IMG/VR virus record: IMGVR_UViG_3300018080_006410 | Length of the DNA: 64,000 nucleotides | Strand: one strand, 5' to 3' | From: an uncultured virus (IMG/VR IMGVR_UViG_3300018080_006410) | Lineage: Duplodnaviria > Heunggongvirae > Uroviricota > Caudoviricetes | Shown: positions 1 to 10,415 of the stretch, piece by piece | Numbering within the stretch: position 1 is the first letter of the stretch | Layout of the letters: every line of letters begins with the position of its first letter | Notes under the pieces: generated by a model | Seen by the model: the letters and a program-made list of their open reading frames with translations, nothing else | Database searches by the model: none | Told to the model about the DNA's origin: nothing | Program-made: the position numbers and the translations under genes

Positions 1-949
1 CCTGAGCGCCCTGCCACCCCTGAATGCCATCGACTCCCTGGACGCCCTGCCATCCCTGGACGCCCTGCCACCCCTGAATGCCATCGACTCCCTGGACGCC
101 CTGCCATCCCTGGACGCCCTGCCACCCCTGAATGCCATCGACTCCCTGAAACCCAACATCTCCCTGCCAACCCTGAGCGCCTTGCCATCCCTGAATGCCA
201 TCGACTCCCTGGAACCCAACATCTCCCTGCCAGCCCTGAGCGCCCTGCCAACCTCGATTTCCCTGGAAGCCTCGGAGGCCCTGGCCGCCCTGGCTCCCCT
301 GAAGACCTGCTCCCTGCCAGCCCTGAGCGCCCTGACTGCCCTGAGGACCCCCGTAGCCCTGAGAGCCGGCCTCGCCCTCGGTCCCCTGAGGACCTTGGTC
401 TCCCACGCAGCCCTGCCAACCCTGGAAGCCTCCAACTCCCTGAACACCCTGGTTGCCCTGAGGCCCACAAACACCCTGAAGCCCGACGCCCTGCGAGCCC
501 TGCGGACCCTGAATGCCGGTGCCGCCGCCATCACCCTGATACCCGGTCGCTCCCTGATACCCAGTGGCACCCGTGACACCGCAAACGGCCATAAGCTCAA
601 CCATCCTGTTCCTAGCCAGGACGTAGAGCCACTCGCTTATCCCGTTGCCCTCGGGCGTGTTAATCGGGAGCTCGCATTCCCCCTGGAAACGCGCGATCAG
701 TGCCGCGCCGTTGGTCGGAGCGAAACCCTCGTCGTCATCAACGTCGACATTGAGCGGCACCGTCGTGTTGATCGCGACAATCGTGTACTGATGGCCGTTC
801 GCGTCAAAGATGAAGTCCCCGACCGCGACACTCGTTGGCGTGAAGTCCCCGTAGGTGTCAAAGAAGAGCCCGTTGAGGACGTAATCCCCTGTGCCGCCCG
901 CGCTCGACGTGAATATCTGGTAGCGTCCGTTGAATATCGGTGCCGGCAT
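1..949 (-). CDS. Collagen-like (Gly-X-Y) protein with ~120-aa N-terminal domain; runs off the left edge; probable virion fibre
   Basis: Open minus frame from ATG 949 (MPAPIFNGRYQIFTSS...) reads in frame into GYQG/GPQG/GWQG repeats; no stop in window, so absent from ORF track. Confidence 0.85.
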   Translation of the reverse strand, partial: MPAPIFNGRYQIFTSSAGGTGDYVLNGLFFDTYGDFTPTSVAVGDFIFDANGHQYTIVAINTTVPLNVDVDDDEGFAPTNGAALIARFQGECELPINTPEGNGISEWLYVLARNRMVELMAVCGVTGATGYQGATGYQGDGGGTGIQGPQGSQGVGLQGVCGPQGNQGVQGVGGFQGWQGCVGDQGPQGTEGEAGSQGYGGPQGSQGAQGWQGAGLQGSQGGQGLRGFQGNRGWQGAQGWQGDVGFQGVDGIQGWQGAQGWQGDVGFQGVDGIQGWQGVQGWQGVQGVDGIQGWQGVQGWQGVQGVDGIQGWQGAQ

Positions 950-959
950 TTGTCACCCC

Positions 960-3137
960 TCAGAAGTCGAGGACAATGGACCAGTCCAAGAAGGTCATCC
1001 CCTTGAACAGCAGGTCCACCGACCCGCTCCCAAGGGCCACGCACTCGACCGCCAGCCCGACCTGGCCGCCGACTCGGAGGTTGTAGGGAAGGCCAGTCGC
1101 CGGGCCTCCGAAGTTCTCCGTCGTGCGATCCCATATCATCACCTTTGGGAAGAGCGTGTCCAGGTCGTTGTTGTTCCACTCGGAACCCGCGAAGGTGAGC
1201 CTCACGGTGAACTGGTTGCCCACAGTCACATCCCCGGAATCGCCGTTAATCCTGACGTGGAACGGCTCGACGCCGGTCGGCACCGAAATGGTGCCGATGT
1301 TGCTCGCCACGGCATAGGTGATACCGGCCTTGTCCGCCACGATGATCGCGTCACCCGACTGATACCTCGTCGCCAGCGACCCCTGAACGCCCTGGAAGCC
1401 CTGCGGACCCTGAGCGCCAGCCGCGCCCAACCCCTGCAACCCCTGCGGACCCTGGGCACCGGCGCCGCCAGGCCCCTGCGGACCCTCGTCGCCCTGGAGG
1501 CCCTGAACGCCCGCACCGACGGCGCCCTGCGTCCCAGGCACCCCCTGGACGCCATCCTGGCCCTCGGAACCCTGCGGACCCTGGAACCCAGCCCCGGTCG
1601 CACCTGCGTCTCCTGCGGCCCCCTGCGGTCCCTGAGTGCCATCCTGGCCAGCCGCGCCCTGGACACCCTGGCCGCCCACGTCTCCCTGGACACCTTGGGA
1701 ACCTTGGGCGCCGAGCCCGGCAACTCCCTGAAAGCCAACCGATCCCTGAGCTCCATCCTGACCATCAGCCCCCTGCGGGCCCTGGAAACCAACTGCGCCC
1801 TGGGAACCGACAGAGCCCTGGGAACCCTGAACACCCTGACCACCCACGTCTCCCTGCGAGCCCTGAGCTCCAACTCCCCCATCCGACCCCTGAACCCCCT
1901 GCTGGCCGAGGGAACCCTGGAAACCGACAAGACCCTGCGAACCCTGTGGCCCGTCGCTTCCAGCAGCACCCTGAGCCCCAGCGCCGCCATCCGACCCCTG
2001 AACTCCCTGAACGCCCTGCGTCCCGGAACCAACCGGCCCCTGAAAACCAACCGACCCCTGAGAACCATCCTCGCCCTGATCCCCCTGAACGCCCTGGAAA
2101 CCTGCGCCGTCGAAACCCTGCGGACCCTGTGCCCCCTGACCACCCGAACCCTGGTTGCCCTGCGGACCTTCGCCACCCTGAGAGCCCTGCATTCCTTGAC
2201 CACCCGGACCCTGCGTGCCGTCGTCGCCCTGCCAGCCCTGAACGCCCTGCGGACCGAAACCTCCAAGCGGGCCCACCTCCCCCTGCCAGCCCTGGAAGCC
2301 CTGCGTGCCATCATCGCCCTGCCATCCCTGATTGCCCTGGCTGCCCTGGAAACCACGGAGACCCTGGTTGCCCTGGTTGCCCCGAAAGCCCTGAAAACCT
2401 CTAACTCCCTGCCAGCCCCGCCAGCCCTGGAATCCCCGAAGACCCTGCGGCCCCGCCAATCCCTGCGCACCCTGAGCGCCGACCAGCCCCCGAGGGCCAA
2501 GCGGGCCCTGTGCTCCCAAGGCACCCTGTGGACCCGTTCCCTGAACGCCCTGGACGCCTTCCACTCCCTGAGCGCCCTGAACTCCCGCTCCCTGCCAGCC
2601 CTGCCAACCGGACGGACCCCGAGAGCCCTGAACGCCCGTTCCCTGATGGCCCTGGGGCCCGACGTCCCCCTGGGCCCCATCCGCCCCCTGTGCTCCCTGA
2701 ACGCCCTGAGCTCCCTGATGGCCCACCGGACCCTGCCATCCCTGCGGACCACCCGGAGGTCCCTGAACGCCCTCGTTGCCCTGGGGACCCGTAATGCCAC
2801 CGCTTCCCAGCGGCCCCTGGCCTCCCATGTATCCCTGCATGCCCTGGGTTCCGATCCCGACGTTGCCACAACGGTCCTCCGGCAGCTCCCCGATAAGGCG
2901 GAACCACTCGTTCTCGGTGGCGGGCGCCACCGGCTCGACACCCCAGAACCAGGTCACCTGCTCCGGATTGTCTATCTCCTCCCCGTTCACGAGGACGACG
3001 AGCAAGTCCTCCGACTCGGGAGCGTCGTTCACGACAATCTTGGCCAGGTTCTCCCAACGGCAGACGTGGGCGCCGACCGGAATATACCGCCTCAAGGGCG
3101 AAGCAAACTGTCGTTTCAGGGCAACATAAGCCTTCAT
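960..3137 (-). CDS. Collagen-like protein, probable tail fibre/spike
   Basis: Long G-X-Q-G triplet repeat flanked by globular N- and C-terminal domains; start [10 protein letters not shown]. Confidence 0.9.
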   Translation of the reverse strand: MKAYVALKRQFASPLRRYIPVGAHVCRWENLAKIVVNDAPESEDLLVVLVNGEEIDNPEQVTWFWGVEPVAPATENEWFRLIGELPEDRCGNVGIGTQGMQGYMGGQGPLGSGGITGPQGNEGVQGPPGGPQGWQGPVGHQGAQGVQGAQGADGAQGDVGPQGHQGTGVQGSRGPSGWQGWQGAGVQGAQGVEGVQGVQGTGPQGALGAQGPLGPRGLVGAQGAQGLAGPQGLRGFQGWRGWQGVRGFQGFRGNQGNQGLRGFQGSQGNQGWQGDDGTQGFQGWQGEVGPLGGFGPQGVQGWQGDDGTQGPGGQGMQGSQGGEGPQGNQGSGGQGAQGPQGFDGAGFQGVQGDQGEDGSQGSVGFQGPVGSGTQGVQGVQGSDGGAGAQGAAGSDGPQGSQGLVGFQGSLGQQGVQGSDGGVGAQGSQGDVGGQGVQGSQGSVGSQGAVGFQGPQGADGQDGAQGSVGFQGVAGLGAQGSQGVQGDVGGQGVQGAAGQDGTQGPQGAAGDAGATGAGFQGPQGSEGQDGVQGVPGTQGAVGAGVQGLQGDEGPQGPGGAGAQGPQGLQGLGAAGAQGPQGFQGVQGSLATRYQSGDAIIVADKAGITYAVASNIGTISVPTGVEPFHVRINGDSGDVTVGNQFTVRLTFAGSEWNNNDLDTLFPKVMIWDRTTENFGGPATGLPYNLRVGGQVGLAVECVALGSGSVDLLFKGMTFLDWSIVLDF

Positions 3138-3169
3138 GCGCGGACCCCTCGGTGTTCCTTGACGTAAAG

Positions 3170-3285
3170 GGACTTCACATGAAGACAAAATATAAAGAGA
3201 TTGTCAACCACCACACACGAAGGTGTGGCTTGCAACTAAGCACCAAGGCCCGCTACAATATCATTAGGTACGCATTGTCAAGCGG
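3170..3285. promoter_or_regulatory. AT-rich intergenic promoter region upstream of collagen genes
   Basis: Two TTGACA hexamers on the minus strand; TTGCAA-N18-TACAAT on the plus strand. Confidence 0.45.
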
Positions 3286-3348
3286 TTTTCAGGAAAGGGG
3301 GCGCAATTCCTCCACACCCACAAGGAGTGTGGTTTCCTTGCACGAAAA

Positions 3349-3942
3349 TCATGAAAGGTCGTAGCCGTAGCGAGAAGCAAGCTCGGAAACCTCCTGCGCC
3401 TCGCTCGGGAAGCTCTCTCGCAAGACGGCCATGGTGAGGGACGGAATCTTCCTCCCGTGCCTGCGAGACCCCCTCCTGGTGTGGTCGGCCGTCCCGACGG
3501 CAAGAGAGCTTCGCCAGTCGGCTCGCAGGTCGATCCCGCAGGACTCGAAGATCGACGGGAGAACGAACCCCATGTCCTCGACCCGGTACGTCATGGAAGC
3601 CATCTCCTCGGCAGCCAGGTTCCAGCGGACCCAGTACCGCGCGCAATCTCGCAGGAGCGGACCTCCCACGATGGCCGGATCGGCCTTCGAGACCAGACGC
3701 CACGAAACCTTGCCCGCGGTGTGGAACGACTCAATGACCCGGAGCGGATGACGGACCTGGTGAAGAACGACGTCATAACGGCCACGCGCCGAGGGGTCAT
3801 GAACGCATCTCCAGTCAACGCGCCCATGTCTCCCGTCCTTCTCGTGCCCGACATCCAGGCCGGCCAGCCCCAGGACCTTGGAGGCGTAGCGAGTCCCAGA
3901 CCTCCCGCACCCGACAATCAGCAGCTTCTTCATGATACGCAT
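3349..3942 (-). CDS. Sulfotransferase-like P-loop protein
   Basis: LLIVGCGRSGT 5'-PSB-like motif, VGHE, HQVRHPLRVIES. Confidence 0.7.
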   Translation of the reverse strand: MRIMKKLLIVGCGRSGTRYASKVLGLAGLDVGHEKDGRHGRVDWRCVHDPSARGRYDVVLHQVRHPLRVIESFHTAGKVSWRLVSKADPAIVGGPLLRDCARYWVRWNLAAEEMASMTYRVEDMGFVLPSIFESCGIDLRADWRSSLAVGTADHTRRGSRRHGRKIPSLTMAVLRESFPSEAQEVSELASRYGYDLS

Positions 3943-4259
3943 CAGGCCGGCGTCGCGTCGAGGAAGAGGTCGGACGCCCTCTCGCAGTCTCCGCGGTTCA
4001 CGTAGCCCTCGGAGCTGACGGCCACGATCCTCTTGCCGTCGCGCCTGAGACGCCAGCGCCATTCCCCGCGCCTGTCCCTGTAAAGCTCGGCGTCATGCTC
4101 GGAACCCGTAATGAACCCGATGTCGCTGGCCAGCCGGGCGTCGCCCTCGGGATAGCCCCCCGGAGACTTCGCCAGCACCTTGCCGTTGCCGGCCACCACG
4201 CGCCATCTGACCTTCCCGCTCGTGTCGGGATACGTCCCCAGCTTCAATGTCCGTTTCAT
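3942..4259 (-). CDS. YegP/DUF1508-like tandem-domain protein
   Basis: Two repeats: GKVRWRVVAGNGKVLAKS-GGY and GEWRWRLRRDGKRIVAVSSEGY. Confidence 0.75.
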   Translation of the reverse strand: MKRTLKLGTYPDTSGKVRWRVVAGNGKVLAKSPGGYPEGDARLASDIGFITGSEHDAELYRDRRGEWRWRLRRDGKRIVAVSSEGYVNRGDCERASDLFLDATPA

Positions 4260-4521
4260 CGTTTCCCTTCTCCCTTCGTTTCCTTGCGAACTCAACCATC
4301 TGGCACATGCCGTGCTCCGTCACGCCCCAGAGGACCGCCGCCCGGCGACGCCCCTCCGTCAAATCGTAGTGAGGAAAGCCCGGCCTGTCCTGGAACCATG
4401 TCCTCTTCATGCCGATCCGGTCGGCGAAGACATGAAGCTCCTCCAGCGTATCGGCGTACAAGTGGCACGCCCTGCCGTACCTCCACATGGCGTCCCGGAG
4501 CTGATCGACGTAGACAGCCAT
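4093..4521 (-). CDS. DUF4031-like protein
   Basis: MAVYVD...CHLYADTLEELHVFADRIGMKRTWFQ...PHYDLT; 3' end overlaps next gene. Confidence 0.75.
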   Translation of the reverse strand: MAVYVDQLRDAMWRYGRACHLYADTLEELHVFADRIGMKRTWFQDRPGFPHYDLTEGRRRAAVLWGVTEHGMCQMVEFARKRREKGNDETDIEAGDVSRHEREGQMARGGRQRQGAGEVSGGLSRGRRPAGQRHRVHYGFRA

Positions 4522-6341
4522 CACATGTGAACCCCGAGCACCTCGTCGACACGGACATGCTCGAACCTTGCGCCTAGGGCCTCCAGCGTGTGGCCGTCTG
4601 CCACGTACCCGTGCCGGACGTCCCACCCGATGGCCTGCATGGCCTCCCTCTTCACGAGCACCTGGAGCGGGTCGACATGGTAGAGCTTCACCGGATCGCC
4701 GTCCAGGACGACCGGCGGCCTTCCCAGTATCGCCTCGTTGAGCGGCCCGAAGTGCATGATCTTGCAGACGGCGAATTCCCGGCCCGACCCGCGCACGGCG
4801 TCGATCATGACCTCCAGGTACCGCGGCAGAATCACGTTGTCGTCGTCGTAGAACAGGACGTAGTCCCCGGTGGCCCTTTCGAGCATCGACTTCCTGACGC
4901 TGTTCCCGAAGTCGCCCGGGGCCGTCCTCTCCCCGGTGCAGTGGTACTCCACCCTGGGATCGCCCATCGCCTCCACGAGCTCCCGCACCACCGGCTCCTC
5001 CGGGCCGTCCGAGCAGACGAGCTGGCGCCAGTCCTTGAACGTCTGGAGCGTCAGGCAGTCGATGCTGCGCCTCACGACGTCCGGATGCCGCTTCCAGGTC
5101 GGGGTCACGACCGTGACAGTCGGAGCCCCCGGCCGCCTGGACGGACCCCGGGCCGGAGCCGGGACCGACGCCCGAATCGGGGCCTTCGGCAGCTCGGCCT
5201 TCATCTCGATCGGGACCTCGGCCGCGCCACCCACTCCCTTGGCCGCGTTCGACACCTTGCGCCTCAGCTCATTGGAACCCTCCAGGGCGCTGAGCCAATG
5301 AACGGCCCAGTTGTCGACGCCGTAGATGAAGCCGTTCTCCTCATGCCTGATGGCGCCCTGGTGAAAGGCCGAGTTGACCACGCACGGCACGCCGGCATCC
5401 AGAACCCTCTTGAAATAGTCCCGGTTGGCAGCCCCGACCCTCGTGAAGAGGGCCGCGTCGGCATCCAGCACCGCCGCCAGCGTGTCGTCGAAGTCGACAA
5501 TCTCCACCCCCGGCTCCACCTCCAGCCGGCTGATGCCGATCCTCATGACCACCTTGCTCGTGGCACCCTCGATCTGCCTGACGATCCGACAGAACTCCGG
5601 CACGCCCCACCCGTTGTCGATGGTGACGATCTTGAACATGCTCCCGTCCTCCTTGCTGATCTCCTCTACGAGGTTCCCCTCGTATGACTCGCTGTACTCG
5701 AACACCCTTCGCCGGAAATCCGGCCCGCAAAGGCCCGCAAAAGCATCCTCCATCTGAGAATGGGCCAGCTTCTCGTCATATCCCGTCCCCGGAGGATGAT
5801 AGACATCCACCCTCCCGTCGATCACGTTCCTCAGACCCATCTGTCTCGCCCGGTGGCAGAGCCAGAAGTCCTGTCCGAAACCCATGGGGCTTCCAGGGAC
5901 CAGCTCCCCAACCTCCCTCATCAGCTCGCCCGAGCAAGCCATGGCCATGCCCTCGACGTTCCTCACCGACATCGCCATCCCGTGCGCATAGTTCACCTTC
6001 TGCATGAAGGGATGGGCGCGCCCATGAATGGCAGGGCTCCAACACCCGAACGGCAACGACGCCTCGATGGCCTCCCGGTAGTCCTCGACATGGCAAAGAA
6101 GCTCGATGTCCGCGCCCGGCATCCAGACGGCGTCGTAGTCGGACGCCTCCGCCATGATCTTGTTCCAGGCGCCCGTCCAGTAGATGTTAGGCAACGTCGT
6201 GCTCTGGCAGCGAGGATGCTTGCCGTCGTCGGACCCGCTGTCATAGACCTCCACGTCGTCGAAGACCGTATCGAGCCCGCACCAGAGCATCTCGGCCCCT
6301 CGGGGATTGTTGTGATGCAGGATGACCGCCTTGACCCTCAT
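4521..6341 (-). CDS. Multidomain glycosyltransferase (GT2-like domains)
   Basis: VTVVTPTW..., LVCSDG, GDYVLFYDDDN; N-terminal GT-like domain with VYDSGS and GFGQDFW. Confidence 0.8.
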   Translation of the reverse strand: MRVKAVILHHNNPRGAEMLWCGLDTVFDDVEVYDSGSDDGKHPRCQSTTLPNIYWTGAWNKIMAEASDYDAVWMPGADIELLCHVEDYREAIEASLPFGCWSPAIHGRAHPFMQKVNYAHGMAMSVRNVEGMAMACSGELMREVGELVPGSPMGFGQDFWLCHRARQMGLRNVIDGRVDVYHPPGTGYDEKLAHSQMEDAFAGLCGPDFRRRVFEYSESYEGNLVEEISKEDGSMFKIVTIDNGWGVPEFCRIVRQIEGATSKVVMRIGISRLEVEPGVEIVDFDDTLAAVLDADAALFTRVGAANRDYFKRVLDAGVPCVVNSAFHQGAIRHEENGFIYGVDNWAVHWLSALEGSNELRRKVSNAAKGVGGAAEVPIEMKAELPKAPIRASVPAPARGPSRRPGAPTVTVVTPTWKRHPDVVRRSIDCLTLQTFKDWRQLVCSDGPEEPVVRELVEAMGDPRVEYHCTGERTAPGDFGNSVRKSMLERATGDYVLFYDDDNVILPRYLEVMIDAVRGSGREFAVCKIMHFGPLNEAILGRPPVVLDGDPVKLYHVDPLQVLVKREAMQAIGWDVRHGYVADGHTLEALGARFEHVRVDEVLGVHM

Positions 6342-7786
6342 GTCGTCCTCACCTCCCCGAGCCGGCCCCGCCACTTGTCGAGCAGCGTCCTCTTCCACTT
6401 CCCGTAGTCGCCCCAGTCCGGACCCCGCTCGCTCCAGGTCGTCGAGTGGTGCTCGAACCTCCTGGACGGAACGACGAGACACCTCAGCCCGGCCGCCCTC
6501 ACCTGGCAGCAGTAGTCCTCCACGTGCAGGTGCAGCCCGGTGAACGTCCCGTCGTCGAACTTGAACCCCTTCGTCCGGTCAACCCCCATCACGCAGGCGT
6601 CGAGCGTCTCGACGTCCTGCTCCACGGACGCGTCCCGGGACCATATCTCGCCATCCGGCCTCCGGGCGCCCACAAGCCCAGCCGCGCCGACGTCGGGCCT
6701 CTGGACGGCCTCCACGACGTTCTGGAGGCCGTCGTGGGAGAACTCGGCGTCCGGCTCGCAGAAAACCACGACGTCCGACGTCGCGTCGCCAAGCATCCTG
6801 TTGTACTCGGTCGCCAGGCACGTCTCCGGACGGCCCCTCGTCAGCAGCCTCTCGACCCGGCAGCCGCTCAGGCTCCTGGCAAGTATGTCGTGAAGCACGC
6901 CGGCACGGACCCACACCGTCGCGACCGACGCGTCAACGTCGCCCTTCAGGAGGGCCTGGTAGGCGTCGTAATGCTCCGCCAGGCAGTTCCACGGCGCCAT
7001 CGGGTCGCACACCCTGCACCACATGGACCCTGGGTCCTGAAAGAAGCCGTACTTGCAGGTGCTCATCCCGTGGCGCTCGAAGCGGTCGCAGCCGAGCAGC
7101 CTGGGCTCGCTCCACTCGTGGGCGAACACCCCATGGGGCATTATCGCAGCGTTCGGCGGACGAACGGCCTCCATCTCGGACTTGGACCAGTAGGGGCGGT
7201 CCTTGCTCTCCCTCGGCCTCTCCGGCAGCGGAAGGACCCCCGCGGCCGCCAGAGCCGGGTTCCTCCTGAGCGCCGGGTTGTTGCTCCACCAGAACCCCGG
7301 CAGCATCTGGAAAGGCTCGGCCGACGGAGCGATCCTCCCGGGCCACCTCCACCACCAGTGCGCCATCACCTCCCGCTCGTCCAGGATGCGGCGCAAGTAG
7401 AGGTAGTCGCACCCGGCCCCCTCGGCCCACTCGACAGCCTTCTCGAGCCAGTCGCGCCCATGGCCGGAGGCATCCGGGTCGATCAGCTCGAAGTCGGACT
7501 CGACGTGGATGGCCCACTCGCAGTCGGCCACCATGGCCATGGCCCTGTTGATGCCGACGCTGACCCCCTGGTCGACGACCGCCCTCCCGGAGCGCCACTC
7601 CACACCGAGCTCCCTGGACTCCTTCAGCCTGTCAATGTAGATGGCCGTCCCGTCAGTCGAGGCGTTGTCGTAGATCGCGACGACGAGCGGACGATAGGAG
7701 GTGCGAGCAAGAAGCGACTCGACGCACCTTCTCAGGTAGTCTAGCCGCTCACCGTTCGTCAGTATGGATATGCCTACTCTCTTCAT
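6338..7786 (-). CDS. Glycosyltransferase family 2 protein (two GT-like domains)
   Basis: YLRRCVESLL, IYDNASTDGT, IHVESD; second domain YNRML..VVFCEPD..TLDAC..HLHVEDYC. Confidence 0.8.
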   Translation of the reverse strand: MKRVGISILTNGERLDYLRRCVESLLARTSYRPLVVAIYDNASTDGTAIYIDRLKESRELGVEWRSGRAVVDQGVSVGINRAMAMVADCEWAIHVESDFELIDPDASGHGRDWLEKAVEWAEGAGCDYLYLRRILDEREVMAHWWWRWPGRIAPSAEPFQMLPGFWWSNNPALRRNPALAAAGVLPLPERPRESKDRPYWSKSEMEAVRPPNAAIMPHGVFAHEWSEPRLLGCDRFERHGMSTCKYGFFQDPGSMWCRVCDPMAPWNCLAEHYDAYQALLKGDVDASVATVWVRAGVLHDILARSLSGCRVERLLTRGRPETCLATEYNRMLGDATSDVVVFCEPDAEFSHDGLQNVVEAVQRPDVGAAGLVGARRPDGEIWSRDASVEQDVETLDACVMGVDRTKGFKFDDGTFTGLHLHVEDYCCQVRAAGLRCLVVPSRRFEHHSTTWSERGPDWGDYGKWKRTLLDKWRGRLGEVRTT

Positions 7787-7889
7787 GACGCAAATCGGAG
7801 GAGGCCGTTATTCGACCTCCCCCCATTATACGCCCCGACCGGCCGGTTTCCAGAGGGCGCCCGGAATCACTCGGCAAAAGCACTCGAAC

Positions 7890-9287
7890 TCACCTGGGCC
7901 CTCTTGTCCCGCTCGACCCTCCAGGCCTCGCGCCTCGCCGACCTCTTCCGCACGACCTCGATGTGGACCGCGACCCTCTCGGCCGGCCTTTCGCCGGCCG
8001 CCCACCTGACGTCCTTCTCTTCGTCCCACTCGCCCGCCTCGTTGCCTTGGCGTTCTTGATCGGAACACCGTTGGCCGTCTTATCCCGCACGACCTCGATA
8101 CGGAACTTGCGCCTCGCCGACCTCCCCCGCGCACCCTCGACATAGACTCTGACCTCGGGACCGGCCTTCTCTCCCACCCTTTCGCCATGCGCCCACCTGA
8201 TGTCCTTCTCGTCGTCCCACTCGCACACGAAGCCGTTGATGGAATTGCCGTCCGTGTCGCCCTTCTCAAGCCAGCCGCCGTCCGCGAACCTGGCGTTCCA
8301 GCGGCCGCCTCGGATCATGTACATGTAGTTGCCGACCCTGTTGTTCAGATAGGCCTTGTCGCTCGTGGCAATCAAGGCCTCCATCGCCGCGACCTTGTCC
8401 TCCCGCTTCTGGTTCAGAGCCTCCCGGTACTTCAGCTTGTGAGCCTCGATCAGCACTCGCGCCCCATGCTCGCGGGCGTCGAGCTCGATGAGGTCTGCCC
8501 TCTCGTTCGCCTTGTCGATCAGCTTGGCGCCCATCACCACGGCCTTCATGACGTTCCTGGTGACGTTATTGGACTTCTTGGCCCCAGCCAGGTATTTCGC
8601 CGCCTTCCCCTCGGCCTCGACGACAAGCTCGGCGCGCTTCTCCGCCGCCCTCCCAAGCAGCTTCCTCCTCACCGCCCTGGCCCTGAGGATGCGCTTGACG
8701 TCGTTCTTGCCGATCTTCCTGCCGCTGACCCAATACCGGTAGCGCCACATCTCGCTGCTCTTGACCCATGCCCACCTGCCCGTGCTCTTGGTGTTGGAGG
8801 CGCCGATCCAGGCACGGTTGGTCATCTGAGACAAGGTGCCGCTGATGGCCCTGTTCTCCTCCCTGCTGTCAATCGTGGCGAGGTGGCCGCCCATCTCCTC
8901 GCACTTCGCCTTGGCCTCGTGCCAGGTCACGCCCTCGACCTCAAAGAACTGATAAAAGTGGCCTTGGCGGCGTTTCATCCCCAGGCGCTGCGCGCCCTTG
9001 ATGCCGTCGAGAGCGAGAGGCTGCACCCTCACCATGCCGGCGTCGATGAGAATCTGGGCCCTCTCTTCATGGGGCTTCTTCAGCCATTCCTTCCTCACCT
9101 CCCGTGCCTTGTCGTTCTCCACGAAGATCAGCCTCCCGTCGCGCTTGAAATGATCCCTCCTGACCGGCAGGAAGCCATGGCGATCGACTCCCGGACGTTT
9201 CGCGTCGTGCTTCCTGGGCCTCATCTGCGCCGTCGCCGCGACCCCGAGAACCATCATCATCAGTGCCACCAACCATCTCGTCCTCAT
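7890..9287 (-). CDS. Exported C-type lectin domain protein with helical insertion
   Basis: Signal peptide MRTRWLVALMMMVLGVAATA; TWHEAKAKCEEMGGHLATIDSREEN, AWIG, W-W, GFVCEW. Confidence 0.8.
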   Translation of the reverse strand: MRTRWLVALMMMVLGVAATAQMRPRKHDAKRPGVDRHGFLPVRRDHFKRDGRLIFVENDKAREVRKEWLKKPHEERAQILIDAGMVRVQPLALDGIKGAQRLGMKRRQGHFYQFFEVEGVTWHEAKAKCEEMGGHLATIDSREENRAISGTLSQMTNRAWIGASNTKSTGRWAWVKSSEMWRYRYWVSGRKIGKNDVKRILRARAVRRKLLGRAAEKRAELVVEAEGKAAKYLAGAKKSNNVTRNVMKAVVMGAKLIDKANERADLIELDAREHGARVLIEAHKLKYREALNQKREDKVAAMEALIATSDKAYLNNRVGNYMYMIRGGRWNARFADGGWLEKGDTDGNSINGFVCEWDDEKDIRWAHGERVGEKAGPEVRVYVEGARGRSARRKFRIEVVRDKTANGVPIKNAKATRRASGTKRRTSGGRPAKGRPRGSRSTSRSCGRGRRGARPGGSSGTRGPR

Positions 9288-9688
9288 TTCCCGGCCTCCT
9301 TGCTTATGAGCTCAACCACATTGACAGCTCGCACCTCTTCCTCCAACCAGACCGTGATGAGGCCACTCAGCTTCCTCGTCAAGTCCGTTTCCCTGAAGCC
9401 AAACTGCTGCATGATGAAGGAGACCGCCCTTGGATTGGGATAGTCCTTCCCTTCCGGGACCGACACTGAGATGTGTCGGGCCATACCGACGATCTGATCC
9501 TCGACGGAGAAAGCCACCCGGTAGCCGTCCCGGAGGTAACAGACATGCCCTTCCTCGTCGCCAACAGGAGACCCCAGACCCTCGACGGCCGCCAGGAGCC
9601 TGCGCCTCGTGACCACGTTGGCCTCGGCGTGCTCGATCACCTTCGCGATGGCGACCAAGGCTTCCCCGTCTATGATGAGCGGCCTCAT
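9284..9688 (-). CDS. Hypothetical protein
   Basis: ORF with RBS, abutting neighbours. Confidence 0.6.
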   Translation of the reverse strand: MRPLIIDGEALVAIAKVIEHAEANVVTRRRLLAAVEGLGSPVGDEEGHVCYLRDGYRVAFSVEDQIVGMARHISVSVPEGKDYPNPRAVSFIMQQFGFRETDLTRKLSGLITVWLEEEVRAVNVVELISKEAGK

Positions 9689-10218
9689 GTCTTCTCCTTG
9701 AGAACGAACTCTCTCTTCTGCCGGTCCCAGACGCAATCCTTGTAAATCCGGTTCAGGTCGTGGCTCGCACCCGAACGATCCTTGTCACAGGAAACCCGCC
9801 CCTTCGGAGTCATGTGGCAGTAGAAGCCGAACTTCTCGCATTCCGCAACCCCGGGCCAGTCTCCCGTCCACGGCAAGCGGCCACCGGCCGCCTCGACGAT
9901 CTCCTCGAACTTCTCCCGCATCTCCTCGGTCGGACCGCCACAGTAGATGTCCTCCGGAAGTCCATTGTTTGGAAAGCAGCACACGGACCTCCCGTCCCTG
10001 CACGCCGCCTCCAAGACATAGCCGTCCGGAACCGGGTCGCCGGTCCTCACATACAGCATCGGCTTGTGCTCCCAGCCGTACTCCTCCGCCAGCTCCTCGT
10101 AAATGCAATCGCACCCGATGGCCTGGCCGCCACAGAGGGGACACCTCTCCACGTCGCATCCCCGCTCGTGCATCTCTCCCGGCTTCGCCCCGCAATCATG
10201 ACACGTCTTGCCGCTCAT
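9685..10218 (-). CDS. Cys-rich hypothetical protein
   Basis: CHDCGAKPGEMHERGCDVERCPLCGGQAIGCDC. Confidence 0.7.
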   Translation of the reverse strand: MSGKTCHDCGAKPGEMHERGCDVERCPLCGGQAIGCDCIYEELAEEYGWEHKPMLYVRTGDPVPDGYVLEAACRDGRSVCCFPNNGLPEDIYCGGPTEEMREKFEEIVEAAGGRLPWTGDWPGVAECEKFGFYCHMTPKGRVSCDKDRSGASHDLNRIYKDCVWDRQKREFVLKEKT

Positions 10219-10415
10219 GCCGACACCTCCTTCGCCAAGCCTCGGGCGTAGGCCCTGGACGCGGCGAGCTCCCGCTCCAGCCGCGCGCACCGGGACGACA
10301 GCCACCCGATGGCATACTGGTCCACGTTGACCGCGCGACCGCGGCGGGCCCCGGACTCCCGGGCCGCCGCCACGGCCTCGCCACCGATCTCGCAAGCTTT
10401 CTCGGTCAGACTCAT
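10215..10415 (-). CDS. Hypothetical protein
   Basis: Short ORF directly behind class A promoter motif. Confidence 0.5.
   Translation of the reverse strand: MSLTEKACEIGGEAVAAARESGARRGRAVNVDQYAIGWLSSRCARLERELAASRAYARGLAKEVSA

Noticed and set aside
182..3167. Long plus-strand ORFs (274 and 745 aa) over the collagen genes, and similar antisense ORFs throughout
   Set aside because: Antisense shadows of GC-rich or repetitive minus-strand genes; no recognisable motifs
7890..9287. Diversity-generating retroelement target
   Set aside because: No reverse transcriptase and no TR/VR repeat pair seen in the window
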